DNA of 64,000 bases from an uncultured Verrucomicrobiae bacterium (GTDB taxonomy: Bacteria > Verrucomicrobiota > Verrucomicrobiia > Chthoniobacterales > UBA10450), in the NCBI GenBank assembly GCA_963815455.1, contig CAWFGO010000001.1:1632001-1696000 (forward strand), in the 5' to 3' direction. Shown piece after piece: positions 18,497 through 29,100 of this stretch. The notes under the pieces are model-generated. The model was not told the DNA's origin. It did not search any database and was given only the letters and a program-made list of their open reading frames with translations. Numbering within the stretch: the stretch's first letter is position 1; every line of letters starts with the position of its first letter. Position numbers and translations under genes: made by a program.

Positions 18497-19657
18497 ATGA
18501 AGCATAAGCGTGTTGTTGTACTCGGCGCCACCGGCTCGATCGGTGAGAGTACGCTGAAAGTTGCGCACGACATCCCGGATCGGATGGAGATTGTCGGTCT
18601 CGCGGCAAATTCCAATGCGGAGAAACTGGCGGCGGCGGCGAACAAGACGCGTGCAGGATCGGTTTGTCTCGTTGACGAATCGAAGATCGACATCTTGCAG
18701 CGCACGCTGGAATACACGCCGCGGATCTTTTCGGGTGAAGCGGGCTTGCGCGAGATCGCTTGCCTTGCCGAAGCCGACATGGTGCTGGTCGCGATTGTTG
18801 GGACCGGCGGCTTGCGTCCGGCCCTGGCGGCAATCGAGGCGGGAAAAGATCTGGCAGTGGCGAGCAAGGAGATTTTGGTAATGGCTGGCGAGATTGTGAT
18901 GCGCGAGGCGGGCGAGAATGGCGTTCACGTTTTGCCGGTCGATTCGGAGCACAATGCAATCTTTCAGTGCCTCGATGGCCGGAGGTCAGAAGTTAGACGA
19001 ATCATTTTAACGGCGTCCGGCGGACCGTTTCGCGAGACGCCCGCGAAGGAACTTGTCGATGTTACGGTAGAGCGGGCATTGAAACATCCGACCTGGAACA
19101 TGGGGCCGAAGATTACGATCGATTCGGCCACGCTTTTTAATAAGGGGCTGGAGATGATCGAGGCGCATTGGTTGTTCGGCACAGAGATGAAGCGCGTGGA
19201 AGTGGTGATTCATCCGCAGAGCATCGTGCATTCGATGGTTGAGTTCGCGGACGGCTCGACTCTCGCGCAATTGAGCTACTCCGATATGTGTTTCCCGATT
19301 CAGTACGCGGTGACCTGGCCCGATCGCGTCCCCAACACGCTTCCACCGCTCGATTTTTCGAAGTTGTCGAAGCTGGAATTCTTTACCCCGCGCTTTGCTG
19401 ATTTCCCGGCTTTGAATCTGGCGCGACAAGCCGGCGAAACGGGCGGCACGCTGCCGGCGGTTCTAAACGCTGCCAACGAAGTCGCGGTGGCAGCTTTCTT
19501 GGACCGGCAACTGCGATTTCCACAAATCTGGCAAATTGTTGACCAGGTAATGGATCGGCACACGCCCGTTGCGCATCCCGATCTCGATGCCATATTGCGG
19601 GCCGATCAATGGGCGCGCGAGGAGGGCACGAGGTTCGTTAAAACGTTACATCGTTAA
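18497..19657 (+). CDS. dxr: 1-deoxy-D-xylulose-5-phosphate reductoisomerase
   Basis: LGATGSIG, LPVDSEHNA, LTASGGPFR, HPTWNMGPKITIDSAT, NKGLE.IEA, NAANE. Confidence 0.97.
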   Translation: MKHKRVVVLGATGSIGESTLKVAHDIPDRMEIVGLAANSNAEKLAAAANKTRAGSVCLVDESKIDILQRTLEYTPRIFSGEAGLREIACLAEADMVLVAIVGTGGLRPALAAIEAGKDLAVASKEILVMAGEIVMREAGENGVHVLPVDSEHNAIFQCLDGRRSEVRRIILTASGGPFRETPAKELVDVTVERALKHPTWNMGPKITIDSATLFNKGLEMIEAHWLFGTEMKRVEVVIHPQSIVHSMVEFADGSTLAQLSYSDMCFPIQYAVTWPDRVPNTLPPLDFSKLSKLEFFTPRFADFPALNLARQAGETGGTLPAVLNAANEVAVAAFLDRQLRFPQIWQIVDQVMDRHTPVAHPDLDAILRADQWAREEGTRFVKTLHR

Positions 19658-19706
19658 ATCGGCAGCGCGTTTCCCAGATCACAAATTTTCCACTCACGTT
19701 CTCACC

Positions 19707-21128
19707 ATGCTGGCTCACATCGCGCGCGTAATTTTCGTTCTCTTCGAAGTGCTGGTGCTCTTCAATATGCTCATCGTTGTTCATGAGCTTGGCCATTTTC
19801 TAGCGGCGCGCTGGCGAGGATTGTACATCGAAAAATTTGGTGTCTGGTTTGGCAAACCGCTTTGGAAAAAGACCATCAACGGCGTGCAGTATTCCCTCGG
19901 GTCCCTGCCCTTCGGCGGTTTTGTGGCGCTGCCGCAACTGGCGCCGATGGATATTATCGAAGGCAAGGCGGATCTCGATCGAGCGAAGCTGGCCCCGATT
20001 TCCGCGCTCGACAAAATCATCGTCGCGATTGCCGGGCCATTATTTAGCCTGCTGCTCGCCCTTGTTTTCGCCTGCGTGGTTTGGGCGGTCGGCCATCCGG
20101 TGGGCGAAGCCGACACCACCACGGTGATCGGTTACGTTGCGCCGGAGTCGCCGGCGCTAAAAGTTGGGCTGCAACCCGGTGATAAGATTCTCGCGGTGGA
20201 CGACAAGCCGGTTACCCGGTTTCTGGGGATGACCGACAGCGTGAGTTGGAACGTGGTGCGGAGCGAAGGCGACAAGATCGCTATCAAATTCGAGCGTGGC
20301 GGAAAAGTACAGACAGTTTGGGTGGAACCATACAAGGCCGAGACGCGGGGATGGCGCAGAAAAAGCGTAAGACAACTGCTGATCTATCCGGCAGCGACAC
20401 CGATCATCGACGAAGTAGAGCCGAACACTCCTGCGTCCGCGGCCGGTTTGCGTGCGCGCGACATCATTCGCGGTTTCGACCAAACACCGATGTACAGTCC
20501 AGTTGCTTTGATGGAACACATCAACGCGCATCCCAATGATAAGCTTGTTCTTCATGTGGAGCGGGCGGGAGCGAAGCTCGATGTTCCGGTAACGCCGGCG
20601 CCGTTGCCGACTGAGGGTGAAACGAAGCCCCGCATCGGAATTCGCTGGGATGCGGATGGGAAGATGTCGATCTCTCATCCGAATCCTGTCGAGCAGGTTT
20701 ACAAGAGCGTGACCGGCACTTTGAACACGATCGGCGCGATCGCCTCCCCGAAATCGGATGTGAAGCTGCAACACTTGAGCGGCCCAGTCGGCATCGGTCG
20801 CATTTACTATCTGCTTTTCCAAAGCGAGCGCGGCTGGCAGCTCGCGATCTGGTTCAGCGTGATTCTAAACGTTAACCTCGCGATTCTGAACATGCTGCCG
20901 ATCCCGGTGCTCGACGGCGGACACATCGTGCTGGCAATTATCGAATCGATACGGCGCAAGCCGGTCAACATGCGCTTGCTCGAAGTGGTACAGACCGCCT
21001 GCGCCGTGTTGATCATCGGTTACATGCTCTACGTCACATTTTTCGATGTGCAGGATTTGCCTTTCGTCCGGAAACAGCTCGACCAGATGGAATCGCAGCC
21101 GTCGCCGAAGAATTCGGACGCACCCTAA
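19707..21128 (+). CDS. rseP: Site-2 zinc metalloprotease with PDZ domains
   Basis: HELGH, LPFGGFV, AGP, two PDZ-like repeats, NMLPIPVLDGGH; follows dxr. Confidence 0.92.
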   Translation: MLAHIARVIFVLFEVLVLFNMLIVVHELGHFLAARWRGLYIEKFGVWFGKPLWKKTINGVQYSLGSLPFGGFVALPQLAPMDIIEGKADLDRAKLAPISALDKIIVAIAGPLFSLLLALVFACVVWAVGHPVGEADTTTVIGYVAPESPALKVGLQPGDKILAVDDKPVTRFLGMTDSVSWNVVRSEGDKIAIKFERGGKVQTVWVEPYKAETRGWRRKSVRQLLIYPAATPIIDEVEPNTPASAAGLRARDIIRGFDQTPMYSPVALMEHINAHPNDKLVLHVERAGAKLDVPVTPAPLPTEGETKPRIGIRWDADGKMSISHPNPVEQVYKSVTGTLNTIGAIASPKSDVKLQHLSGPVGIGRIYYLLFQSERGWQLAIWFSVILNVNLAILNMLPIPVLDGGHIVLAIIESIRRKPVNMRLLEVVQTACAVLIIGYMLYVTFFDVQDLPFVRKQLDQMESQPSPKNSDAP

Positions 21129-21170
21129 CGCTCGATTGCGCGCCTCGGCCGGCCCTTTTAAGTTAAGCGC

Positions 21171-23054
21171 GTGACTTATTGCGCTTCTCCATTTTCGTAT
21201 TCTCGCCGCCAGACCCGCGAAGTGATGGTGGGAAACGTCGGCGTGGGGGGATCGAATCCGATCCGGGTCCAGTCGATGATCACCTGTGACACCATGGACA
21301 CGGAGATGTCGATCAAGGAAACGATCGAACTGGCCCAGGTCGGTTGCGAAATTGTGCGGATCACCGCGCCGACGGTGAAGGATGCACGCAATCTCGAATT
21401 CATTGTTAAAGGTTTGCGCGAACGCGGCTGCGAAGTCCCGATCGTGGCCGACATTCATTTCAAACCGGACGCGGCGATGGAAGCGGCCAAGTGGGTGGAC
21501 AAGGTCCGGATCAATCCGGGCAATTACGCGGACTCGAAGAAGTTCTTGATTCGCGAATACAGCGATGAGCAGTACGAAGCGGAACTGAACCGGATTCGCG
21601 AGCGATTCACGCCGCTTGTCGATCTTTGTAAGGCACGCGGAATCGCCATGCGCATCGGGACGAATCATGGCTCGCTCTCCGACCGGATCATGAATCGTTA
21701 TGGCGACACACCGCTGGGGATGGTAGAGAGCGCGCTCGAGTTTGCCCGAATCGCTCGCGACCGCGATTATCACGCATTCATCTTCTCGATGAAATCGAGC
21801 AACCCGAAGGTGATGATTAATGCGTATCGATTGCTCGTTGCGCGACTAAATAAAGAGGGGCCGGATTGGAATTATCCGATTCATCTCGGCGTAACTGAAG
21901 CGGGCGAAGGCGAAGACGCGCGGATCAAGAGCGCGATTGGGATCGGCTCGCTCCTGACCGATGGAATCGGGGACACGATTCGCGTTTCGCTGACTGAAGA
22001 TAGTCCGCATGAGATTCCTGTAGCGAAAGCATTGGTCGCGATGGTGCAGAAAACATCGAACGCCGAACATCGAACGTCGAACGCAGAACTATCCTTTGAC
22101 CCATTTTCATATCAGAAGCGCGCTACAGAGACGATCGCTGTAGCCGGGATCGGTGATCCCGGCCAGGAGGTGAAACTGGGCGGCGAAGAACTGATTCGCG
22201 TTATCGTCAGGCAAGAGGCTTTCGAGAAAATCGCGCACAAGGTCGACAAGATGGGCGATTACAAGCCGGAGATTGTTTATGAGAACGCGCAGATACAGGA
22301 AGTCGATCCGCGCGATGAGAGCGCGATCGCGCAATTGAACAAGAATTCGAGGCCGCAGTTCGTGACCGTGCGAGACGATGTCGATCTTGCGGTGATTCCC
22401 GCGTTTCGATTACTGGCCGCCCGATTAAGTCCGCGGCATCCGATTCTTTTAAAGGATGTTTTTTGTCATTCCGAGCGGAGTGAACTGAAGCGGAACGCAG
22501 TCGAGGAATCCCGTGGTGAAAGCCTATCGGCGGCACAACGGGATCCTTCGACTTCTGACGATAACGATTTCCTTACAACTCTTCTGATCGCATCCACCAA
22601 CATCGGCTCCCTGCTCTGCGACGGAATTGGCGATGCGATCCTGGTGCAGGGCGAGGAAGCGCCCGGGCAATCGCTGCGGCTTTCTTATAATATCTTGCAG
22701 GCGGCCGGCTCCCGGATTTTCAAAACCGATTACGTGGCCTGTCCATCGTGCGGACGAACGCTATTTAATTTGCAAACCACGACGGCGAAGATCAAGGCGG
22801 CAACGTTGCATCTCAAAGGCGTGAAGATCGCAATCATGGGCTGCATCGTGAATGGCCCGGGCGAAATGGCGGATGCCGATTTCGGTTACGTGGGCGGCGC
22901 GCCCGGCAAAGTGAATCTCTACGTGGGAAAGACACCGGTGAAATTTAATATTCCGGAAGCCGAAGCGGTCGATCGACTTCAGGATTTGATTCGCGAACAC
23001 GGCAAATGGGTTGATGCAGTGCCGCAACCGATGTCGGCCGAGTTGTCCGCTTAA
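21171..23054 (+). CDS. ispG: 4-hydroxy-3-methylbut-2-en-1-yl diphosphate synthase (long form, with in-frame repeat inserts)
   Basis: RVQSM, VADIHF, RINPGN, RIGTNHGSL, HLGVTEAG, GDTIRVSL, CPSCGR, MGCIVNGPGE. Confidence 0.97.
   Translation: MTYCASPFSYSRRQTREVMVGNVGVGGSNPIRVQSMITCDTMDTEMSIKETIELAQVGCEIVRITAPTVKDARNLEFIVKGLRERGCEVPIVADIHFKPDAAMEAAKWVDKVRINPGNYADSKKFLIREYSDEQYEAELNRIRERFTPLVDLCKARGIAMRIGTNHGSLSDRIMNRYGDTPLGMVESALEFARIARDRDYHAFIFSMKSSNPKVMINAYRLLVARLNKEGPDWNYPIHLGVTEAGEGEDARIKSAIGIGSLLTDGIGDTIRVSLTEDSPHEIPVAKALVAMVQKTSNAEHRTSNAELSFDPFSYQKRATETIAVAGIGDPGQEVKLGGEELIRVIVRQEAFEKIAHKVDKMGDYKPEIVYENAQIQEVDPRDESAIAQLNKNSRPQFVTVRDDVDLAVIPAFRLLAARLSPRHPILLKDVFCHSERSELKRNAVEESRGESLSAAQRDPSTSDDNDFLTTLLIASTNIGSLLCDGIGDAILVQGEEAPGQSLRLSYNILQAAGSRIFKTDYVACPSCGRTLFNLQTTTAKIKAATLHLKGVKIAIMGCIVNGPGEMADADFGYVGGAPGKVNLYVGKTPVKFNIPEAEAVDRLQDLIREHGKWVDAVPQPMSAELSA
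22052..22086 (+). repeat. 5x heptamer AAC[AG][TC][CA]G inside ispG
   Basis: AACATCG AACGCCG AACATCG AACGTCG AACGCAG, encoding TSNAEHRTSNAE. Confidence 0.7.
22140..22163 (+). repeat. GTAG-REP hairpin inside ispG
   Basis: GTAGCCGGGATC-GGT-GATCCCGGC with a perfect 9-bp stem, encoding VAGIGDPG. Confidence 0.7.
22464..22555. repeat. TGTCATTCCGAGCG-family element inside ispG
   Basis: Aligns with the copy at 41767-41848 (TGTCATTCCGAGCG..AGTCGAGGAATCCCGTGG..ACGGGA.CCTTCG.CTTC). Confidence 0.8.
23000..23033 (+). repeat. Direct repeat copy 1 (ispG 3' end)
   Basis: CGGCAAATGGGTTGATGCAGTGCCGCAACCGATG; 33/34 identical to 25925-25958. Confidence 0.85.
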
Positions 23055-23291
23055 GTCGCCCCACTCAGCCCTCCCATAGAAACGCCGGTTTTTGGTCACG
23101 GAGGGAAGTGCAAGATACGCTCGATGTTTGGCAAAAAACGGGGAGCAACTGGGGGGTGCTGTCCCTATGTGTTGCAGATAAGCCGGCAATCATGAAGGCA
23201 ATCAACCCTCTCATGCGAATGACCTTCACTCGTCCAAACTCGGGACCGAGCAGAGCGAATGCGGAGAATCTAACTCAACCCACATCTAAAT

Positions 23292-25823
23292 ATGAAAAAA
23301 CATTGGCTTCACCTAGCAGCGTTTTTGGCGTTTGCGATCGGCATTGCTACCACCCAGGCAGGAACAGTTTTTTATCAGGCGATCCCGGCGGTGCAGAGCG
23401 ACCCGGGCTCTGGAATTAGCACTGATAATGGCTATACCAGCGCGGTGGATGGCGGGAACACGCGCGGAACGGATCGGGTCATCAATGGAATTACGCTTTA
23501 CGCCCTGGTGATCGACGGCCAGACGGCTACAGCTGACAACTGTACCCTCAATGCACTAGCCGGCACTCTCTCCAATGCGGGCGGATCGAGCGCCAGTATT
23601 CAGGCCGCCGGCATTTTTCGCGAGGTCTTGTCGGACATGACTTTCAACAACGGCGCGACCGACAATTCGCAGCAGGAGATCGTGCTCGATCCGGAGAGCT
23701 TGGAAGCAGGCGTGACATATGACCTGCGCGTTTATGTCTGTAATTCTTCGGGCCAAAACAGGCAGGTGAATCTCTCGTTCGTGGGCGACGGCCAGGCCGC
23801 GGTAGAGACCGGGTTCTTCAATGAGGACGACGCGACGACCTCGGCCGGCGGATTTAAGGACCCGAATCAGGTGTATTATATCAATTATCGTTTTACCTGG
23901 GACGGAGATTCCACGCCGGGCATCACGATTGCACAACGCTCCGGGAGCGCACCTTTCCTTCTTTATGCCTTGACCAACGAAGTGGTTCCGGCGGGCGGCG
24001 CGGAAGCAGCGCCATCCAGTGCCGGCGCAGCCTTGCAGGCGGGGGCCGATGAAGGCCTAACAACCGGCATGGTCGAAAACGAATCGGATGAAGTCGGCGT
24101 TGCCAGCGACGACTTTTATGGCAGCGAATCGCTCAATAACAACGGGCGCTGGATCAGTGTGGAAAAATGGGGCAAATGCTGGCAGCCCACCAATTGTTCG
24201 GCAGGCTGGACTCCCTATACCAATGGAACTTGGAGCGAATGCGACGATTGCGGCTGGACTTTTGTCTCGGACGAACCGTGGGCCTGGGCCTGTTATCATT
24301 ACGGCAGATGGCTCAAGGTTAGAACCGGCTGCGGTTGGGCCTGGGTGCCGGGCAAGGTCTGGGGGGCCTCCTGGGTTTCCTGGCGCCAGGGCCGGGATAA
24401 TGATTGTGATTGCATCGGCTGGGCTCCCCTGCCGCCGGAAGCGGGCTGCGAAGTCAACGTAGGCGTCAGCACCTGGGTTGATGAGATCTGCGACATTGGT
24501 TTCGAATCGTACACGTTCATCAGGATTCGCGATTTCGGCCGGGAATCGTACTGGGGCTGCAACTGCATCTTCGACCGCTCCCGCAACGTGACGATCATTA
24601 ATCAGACCATCAACATCACCAACATTTCCTATACCAGTCACGTAAACATCTATTGCGGCGGGCCGGATCGCGACTGGTGTAATACACGGATTCGCCAGGA
24701 AGGCGGCAGAGAAGTCGGGAAGGTCATGATCGATCGGATCGAGGACATGGGAGGGATGGGAGGGAAATATCAGAAGCACGATGGCGACCACCTCGCGCTT
24801 CATTCTCCGAAGATTAAAGGCGATAAGCACCCGAAACATGATCCGAAAGTTGCCGAGCATGTGGGCAAGGACAAGATCGACAAGGGCTGGGGCAAGGATA
24901 AGAAGGCTGAAAGAGAGGCGAGGAACCACATCGCCCAGCAAAACAAAGGGAAGAATCCAAAAAACACCAAGGGGAAACTGCCATCCGATGTCGCCCAGAA
25001 AATTGGCAAGCATGGCAAACAGGCCGGTGCTGGCGGTGGCGACGGACAACACCCCGGCGGGAAAGGTAAGAAGGGCCAGGGCAAGGGGGCAAGCTCACTT
25101 GCCGGAGAAGGTCAGGGCGCCGGAGGCGGCTTTAATCAGCATCCTGGCGGAAAGGGTAAAAACAAGGGTCAGGGTAAAGGGGCTGCCACAGCTGGCGCAG
25201 CGGGTGCGAGCGGCGGTGGCTTCAATCAGCATCCCGGCAAGAAAGGGAAGAACAAAGCTCGGAACGCAGGCCAGCTTGCCAATACCTTAGCCGGCGGTGG
25301 CGACCAGCATCCCGGCAAGAAAAAGAAAGGCAAGGGTCAGTCCGCCTCATCCGCGGCTGGTGGCGGGGGTACCGGCGGGTTCAATCAGCACCCAGGGAAG
25401 GCAAAGAATCACAAACGACCTGTGACCGCGACCCTTAATTCTGGTGCAGTTAACCAGCATCCCGGGAAGAAAGAGCATAAGGAAAAAACCAATGTGGAGG
25501 GGGTCGGGCAAGCGGGCGGCGGTAGTGGCGGTGGCAAGCACGGCAAGAAAGTTTCGCGAGGCGCGGGTCAGATGACGCAAGGTGGAGCTGGCCAGGCTGG
25601 CGGTGGCGGCGGCAAACACGGCAAGAAAGTTTCGCGAGGCGCGGGCCAGATGACGCAAGGTGGAGCTGGTCAGGCTGGCGGTGGCGGCGGCAAACACGGC
25701 AAGAAAGGAAGAAGAAGTACGGGCCAGATGACCGCGCCGGCAGGCGGTGGTGGCGGTGGACAGGGCGGTGGCGGCGGCGGGAAGAAGGGGAAAAAAGGGA
25801 AGGCAACTCCTCCGCCGTTTTAG
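23292..25823 (+). CDS. Secreted DUF6600-like protein with Cys-rich core and Gly/Lys/His-rich repetitive tail
   Basis: Signal peptide; W.P...GW.PY..G.W...GW.FVSDEPW.WA.YHYGRW...GW.W.PG..W...WVSWR...GWAPLPP pattern; QHPG repeats and a 66-bp tandem repeat. Confidence 0.75.
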   Translation: MKKHWLHLAAFLAFAIGIATTQAGTVFYQAIPAVQSDPGSGISTDNGYTSAVDGGNTRGTDRVINGITLYALVIDGQTATADNCTLNALAGTLSNAGGSSASIQAAGIFREVLSDMTFNNGATDNSQQEIVLDPESLEAGVTYDLRVYVCNSSGQNRQVNLSFVGDGQAAVETGFFNEDDATTSAGGFKDPNQVYYINYRFTWDGDSTPGITIAQRSGSAPFLLYALTNEVVPAGGAEAAPSSAGAALQAGADEGLTTGMVENESDEVGVASDDFYGSESLNNNGRWISVEKWGKCWQPTNCSAGWTPYTNGTWSECDDCGWTFVSDEPWAWACYHYGRWLKVRTGCGWAWVPGKVWGASWVSWRQGRDNDCDCIGWAPLPPEAGCEVNVGVSTWVDEICDIGFESYTFIRIRDFGRESYWGCNCIFDRSRNVTIINQTINITNISYTSHVNIYCGGPDRDWCNTRIRQEGGREVGKVMIDRIEDMGGMGGKYQKHDGDHLALHSPKIKGDKHPKHDPKVAEHVGKDKIDKGWGKDKKAEREARNHIAQQNKGKNPKNTKGKLPSDVAQKIGKHGKQAGAGGGDGQHPGGKGKKGQGKGASSLAGEGQGAGGGFNQHPGGKGKNKGQGKGAATAGAAGASGGGFNQHPGKKGKNKARNAGQLANTLAGGGDQHPGKKKKGKGQSASSAAGGGGTGGFNQHPGKAKNHKRPVTATLNSGAVNQHPGKKEHKEKTNVEGVGQAGGGSGGGKHGKKVSRGAGQMTQGGAGQAGGGGGKHGKKVSRGAGQMTQGGAGQAGGGGGKHGKKGRRSTGQMTAPAGGGGGGQGGGGGGKKGKKGKATPPPF

Positions 25824-25924
25824 GATTTCGGCGTTGGTTGTTGAAAATTGAAAAAAATTTTGAGCGTGCGAATCGACATCCGCGCGAATGAAAATATCAC
25901 CCCACCTCGGGTGAGAAGCGCTCG

Positions 25925-25958
25925 CGGCAAATGGGTTGATGCGGTGCCGCAACCGATG
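25925..25958 (+). repeat. Direct repeat copy 2 (orphan ispG 3' end)
   Basis: Continues in frame as GKWVDAVPQPMELQRR-stop. Confidence 0.85.
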
Positions 25959-26158
25959 GAATTGCAGCGCCGCTGATTGTTAAAACGTCGCGGGAAACGA
26001 ACCGCGCATTCGCGTGGTGTACTGCAAATGCGAGGCCACCGAAATTGCTAGGGATTTTTGAAAAAGAAAGGGCGGAAAAGTCTTGACTTTTGCGCGCGAG
26101 ATCAATCAGGCTGCTGGGTTCAGTCAACTCACAACCCAACCCGCAGCCCGAGTAAACT

Positions 26159-29100
26159 ATGAAAACTAGTCGCACTCTGATTTCAAATCGTGTTTTCCCA
26201 TCTTTTGCTTCCGTGGGCCTGTTCTGTCTGGCCATTTCGGTAGCTTTCACATTTGCGGCCCCTTTACCCAAAGGAGCGGCCAACGACGTGTCCGGTGAGC
26301 CCGCCGGTATTCCGCCAAATCTGCAAAGCGGTTCGGACCTCAAGAACTCCCTCGCGGTCATGGTGGAGTTGAACGGCGATCCGGCGGCAGTCACTTACGC
26401 CGCCGCCTTAAAGGAGGCCCAGGCCCAGGCCGACGCGGCGCGCAATTATGCGCTGGCCCATCCGAAGGCGAAGGGCTCGAAGAAGCTCCTGAAGCAAAAG
26501 CCCGAGGCGATTAGGATCAGCGCCGCTGCGGCGCGGCAGGTTCAGGCGACCGTGCGACAGCTTGATCAGGAGCAACAGGCGATTGTTAACGCATTAACCG
26601 GTCGGGACATTCGGGCGACGGTGTTGTTTCGGGCGCAACGCGCTTACAACGGCATCGCGGTGGCAACGAGCAATGATAAGATTCCCGCTATCGTCCAAAT
26701 TCCGGGCGTCAAAGCCGTCCACTTGATCGTGCCGAAGTTCGCGACCGCGGCTTTTTCCGATATTGATTTCCTGGCCACCCGTCCGGCATGGACGACCGGG
26801 CCATTCGGCACGCACGGTGAAAATATCAAGATCGCGGTGATCGACACGGGTCTGGATTACATTCACAGGAACTTTGGTGGTTCGGGTTCGGCTGCGGATT
26901 ATGCCAGCACCGGGGACACGACGCCGGTACCGAATCCGAATTATCCTACCCCGAAGATCCCCGGCGGAACCGACCTCGTCGGTGACACTTATAACGCCGA
27001 TCCAAATAGCCCGAGTTATCAGCCGATTCCGTTCCCGGACAACAATCCGTTCGATTGCAATGGTCACGGCACGGCTTGTTCCAGTTTGGCCACCGGATTC
27101 GGCGTGACCAGCGCCGGGTTTACTTATTCCGGCAACTACAATGGGAGTTCTCCGGACATGAGCACGCTGTCGATTTCTCCCGGCTTCGCTCCCAACGCGA
27201 AGCTCTATCCGGTGCGCGTGTTCGGCTGCGCCGGTTCAACTGATGTAGTCGTCTCGGCTATCGAATGGTCGATGGATCCAAATGGCGACGGCGATTTTGT
27301 AGATAAGATGGACGTGGTGAGCATGTCGCTGGGCGCGAACGAAGGTTTTGCGGATGATCCGGACGACGTTGCCGCTTCCAATGCCGCCTCGATCGGCATT
27401 CTCGTCTGTTCGGCAGCCGGCAATGCAGGCGATTCCTATTATATCCACAGCAGCCCGGCGGCAGCTAGCGGCACTCTCGGCATCGCGGCCACTTTTAACG
27501 ATCAAGGCGGTTTCATTTACGACTCGAACGTCACCTCCAATACGGCGGGCGGGGGCGGAGTTGGAGCGATGTATTTTTCGACAAAAGGCAGTGACAGTTC
27601 CGCCATTCCCGCAGGTGGCATCACGGGCAACCTGGTTTATGCCGTGCCACCCGACGCGAACGCGCCCGCACTTACCAATGCCGCCCAGGTCGCCGGCAAT
27701 ATTGTGATAATCGATCGCGGAGCCACGACTTTCACCGATAAGGTGACCAAGGGTTTGGCCGCCGGCGCCATCGCCGTAATCATCGACAATTTCACTAACA
27801 ATCCGAACGCTTTTGTTCCTATTTTAATGAGCACGGCGGGCCAGCCGCCCGGAGTAGATGTGATGATTTCCCGCACCAGTCGCGATACGATTGTGACGGC
27901 TTCTGGAGGGTTCGATCCAGTGACCGGGATTCCGGTAAATCCGGTCAATGTGACAATTAATAACGACAGCGGCGCACAAGTGATTCCGGCGCTGGCGGTG
28001 CCGGATACTATCCCCGCCTACAGTTCCCGTGGTCCGCGGCTGCCCGATAGCGCGGTCAAACCCGATATATCGGCCCCGGCTGAAGTCGTTGGTGTGGCCA
28101 ATCCCTTTAGCGGAACCGGCGTATCAAACTTTAACGGCACGTCGTCCGCCACTCCGCACGTCTCCGGCATCATGGCGCTGCTCCGTCAGTTGCACCCGGC
28201 CTGGACAGTCCAGGAACTCAACGGCGTAATTTGCGCCACCGCCAACCACGATCTCTTCACAACTACGGCGCACACGACGCAATACGGGATTGGAAGAATA
28301 GGGGCGGGGCGCGTTGATGTTGCCGCGGCGGCCAGGTCGAACGTGACCGCCTACAACGGGACCGATCCAAACCTGATCGGCCTCTCCTTTGGTGTGGTTG
28401 AGGCGCCGGCGGATAGCTCGGCGTCGGTTACCAAGAATATCATGGTTACGAATAAGGGGACGAGCAACGTGACCTACAGCGTGAGCTACCAGGACGTGAC
28501 CCCGGTCGGTGGCGCCAGCTTTACCTTGCCTGGCGGACCGATCACGGTGAACGCGGGCACAAGCATGAACGTGCCCGTCACGTTTGCTGTTACCGGCAGC
28601 CTTTTGAAGCATGGTCGTGAGGACAGCGTCACGGCTACTCTGGGAGGCAACCCTCGCCAATGGTTGACGGAGAAATCGGGCTACGCGGTGTTCACCGATG
28701 TTGGCGGTGTCGAGCCGACGCTGCGCGTGGCGCTTTATGCTGCGCCCAAACCGGCTTCCGTGATGCATTCTACAATCACCAGCGTTGTGCCCTCACAGCC
28801 AAACACCGGTTCGTTCACGATCAATCTGTCGGGTTCGCCTGTGAATACGGGCCCAAATCTCGGTAACGGCTTCGATATTCTCGGTCTGGTCAAGGCCTTT
28901 GAATTGCAATACGCCAGCGCGTTTGTCGGCCTGCCCAATGCCCCGACGAGCCCGAATGACCTCAAGTACGTCGGTGTAACCAGCGATTACGTAAATCGAG
29001 GCGTAGCTACCGCGGCCACCAGGGTTTTCTGGGGGATTGAGGGCTTCGGCAACGCGGCCACGCCCGACTTTGCCAGTTCGGACAAGGAAATCTTCGTGGA

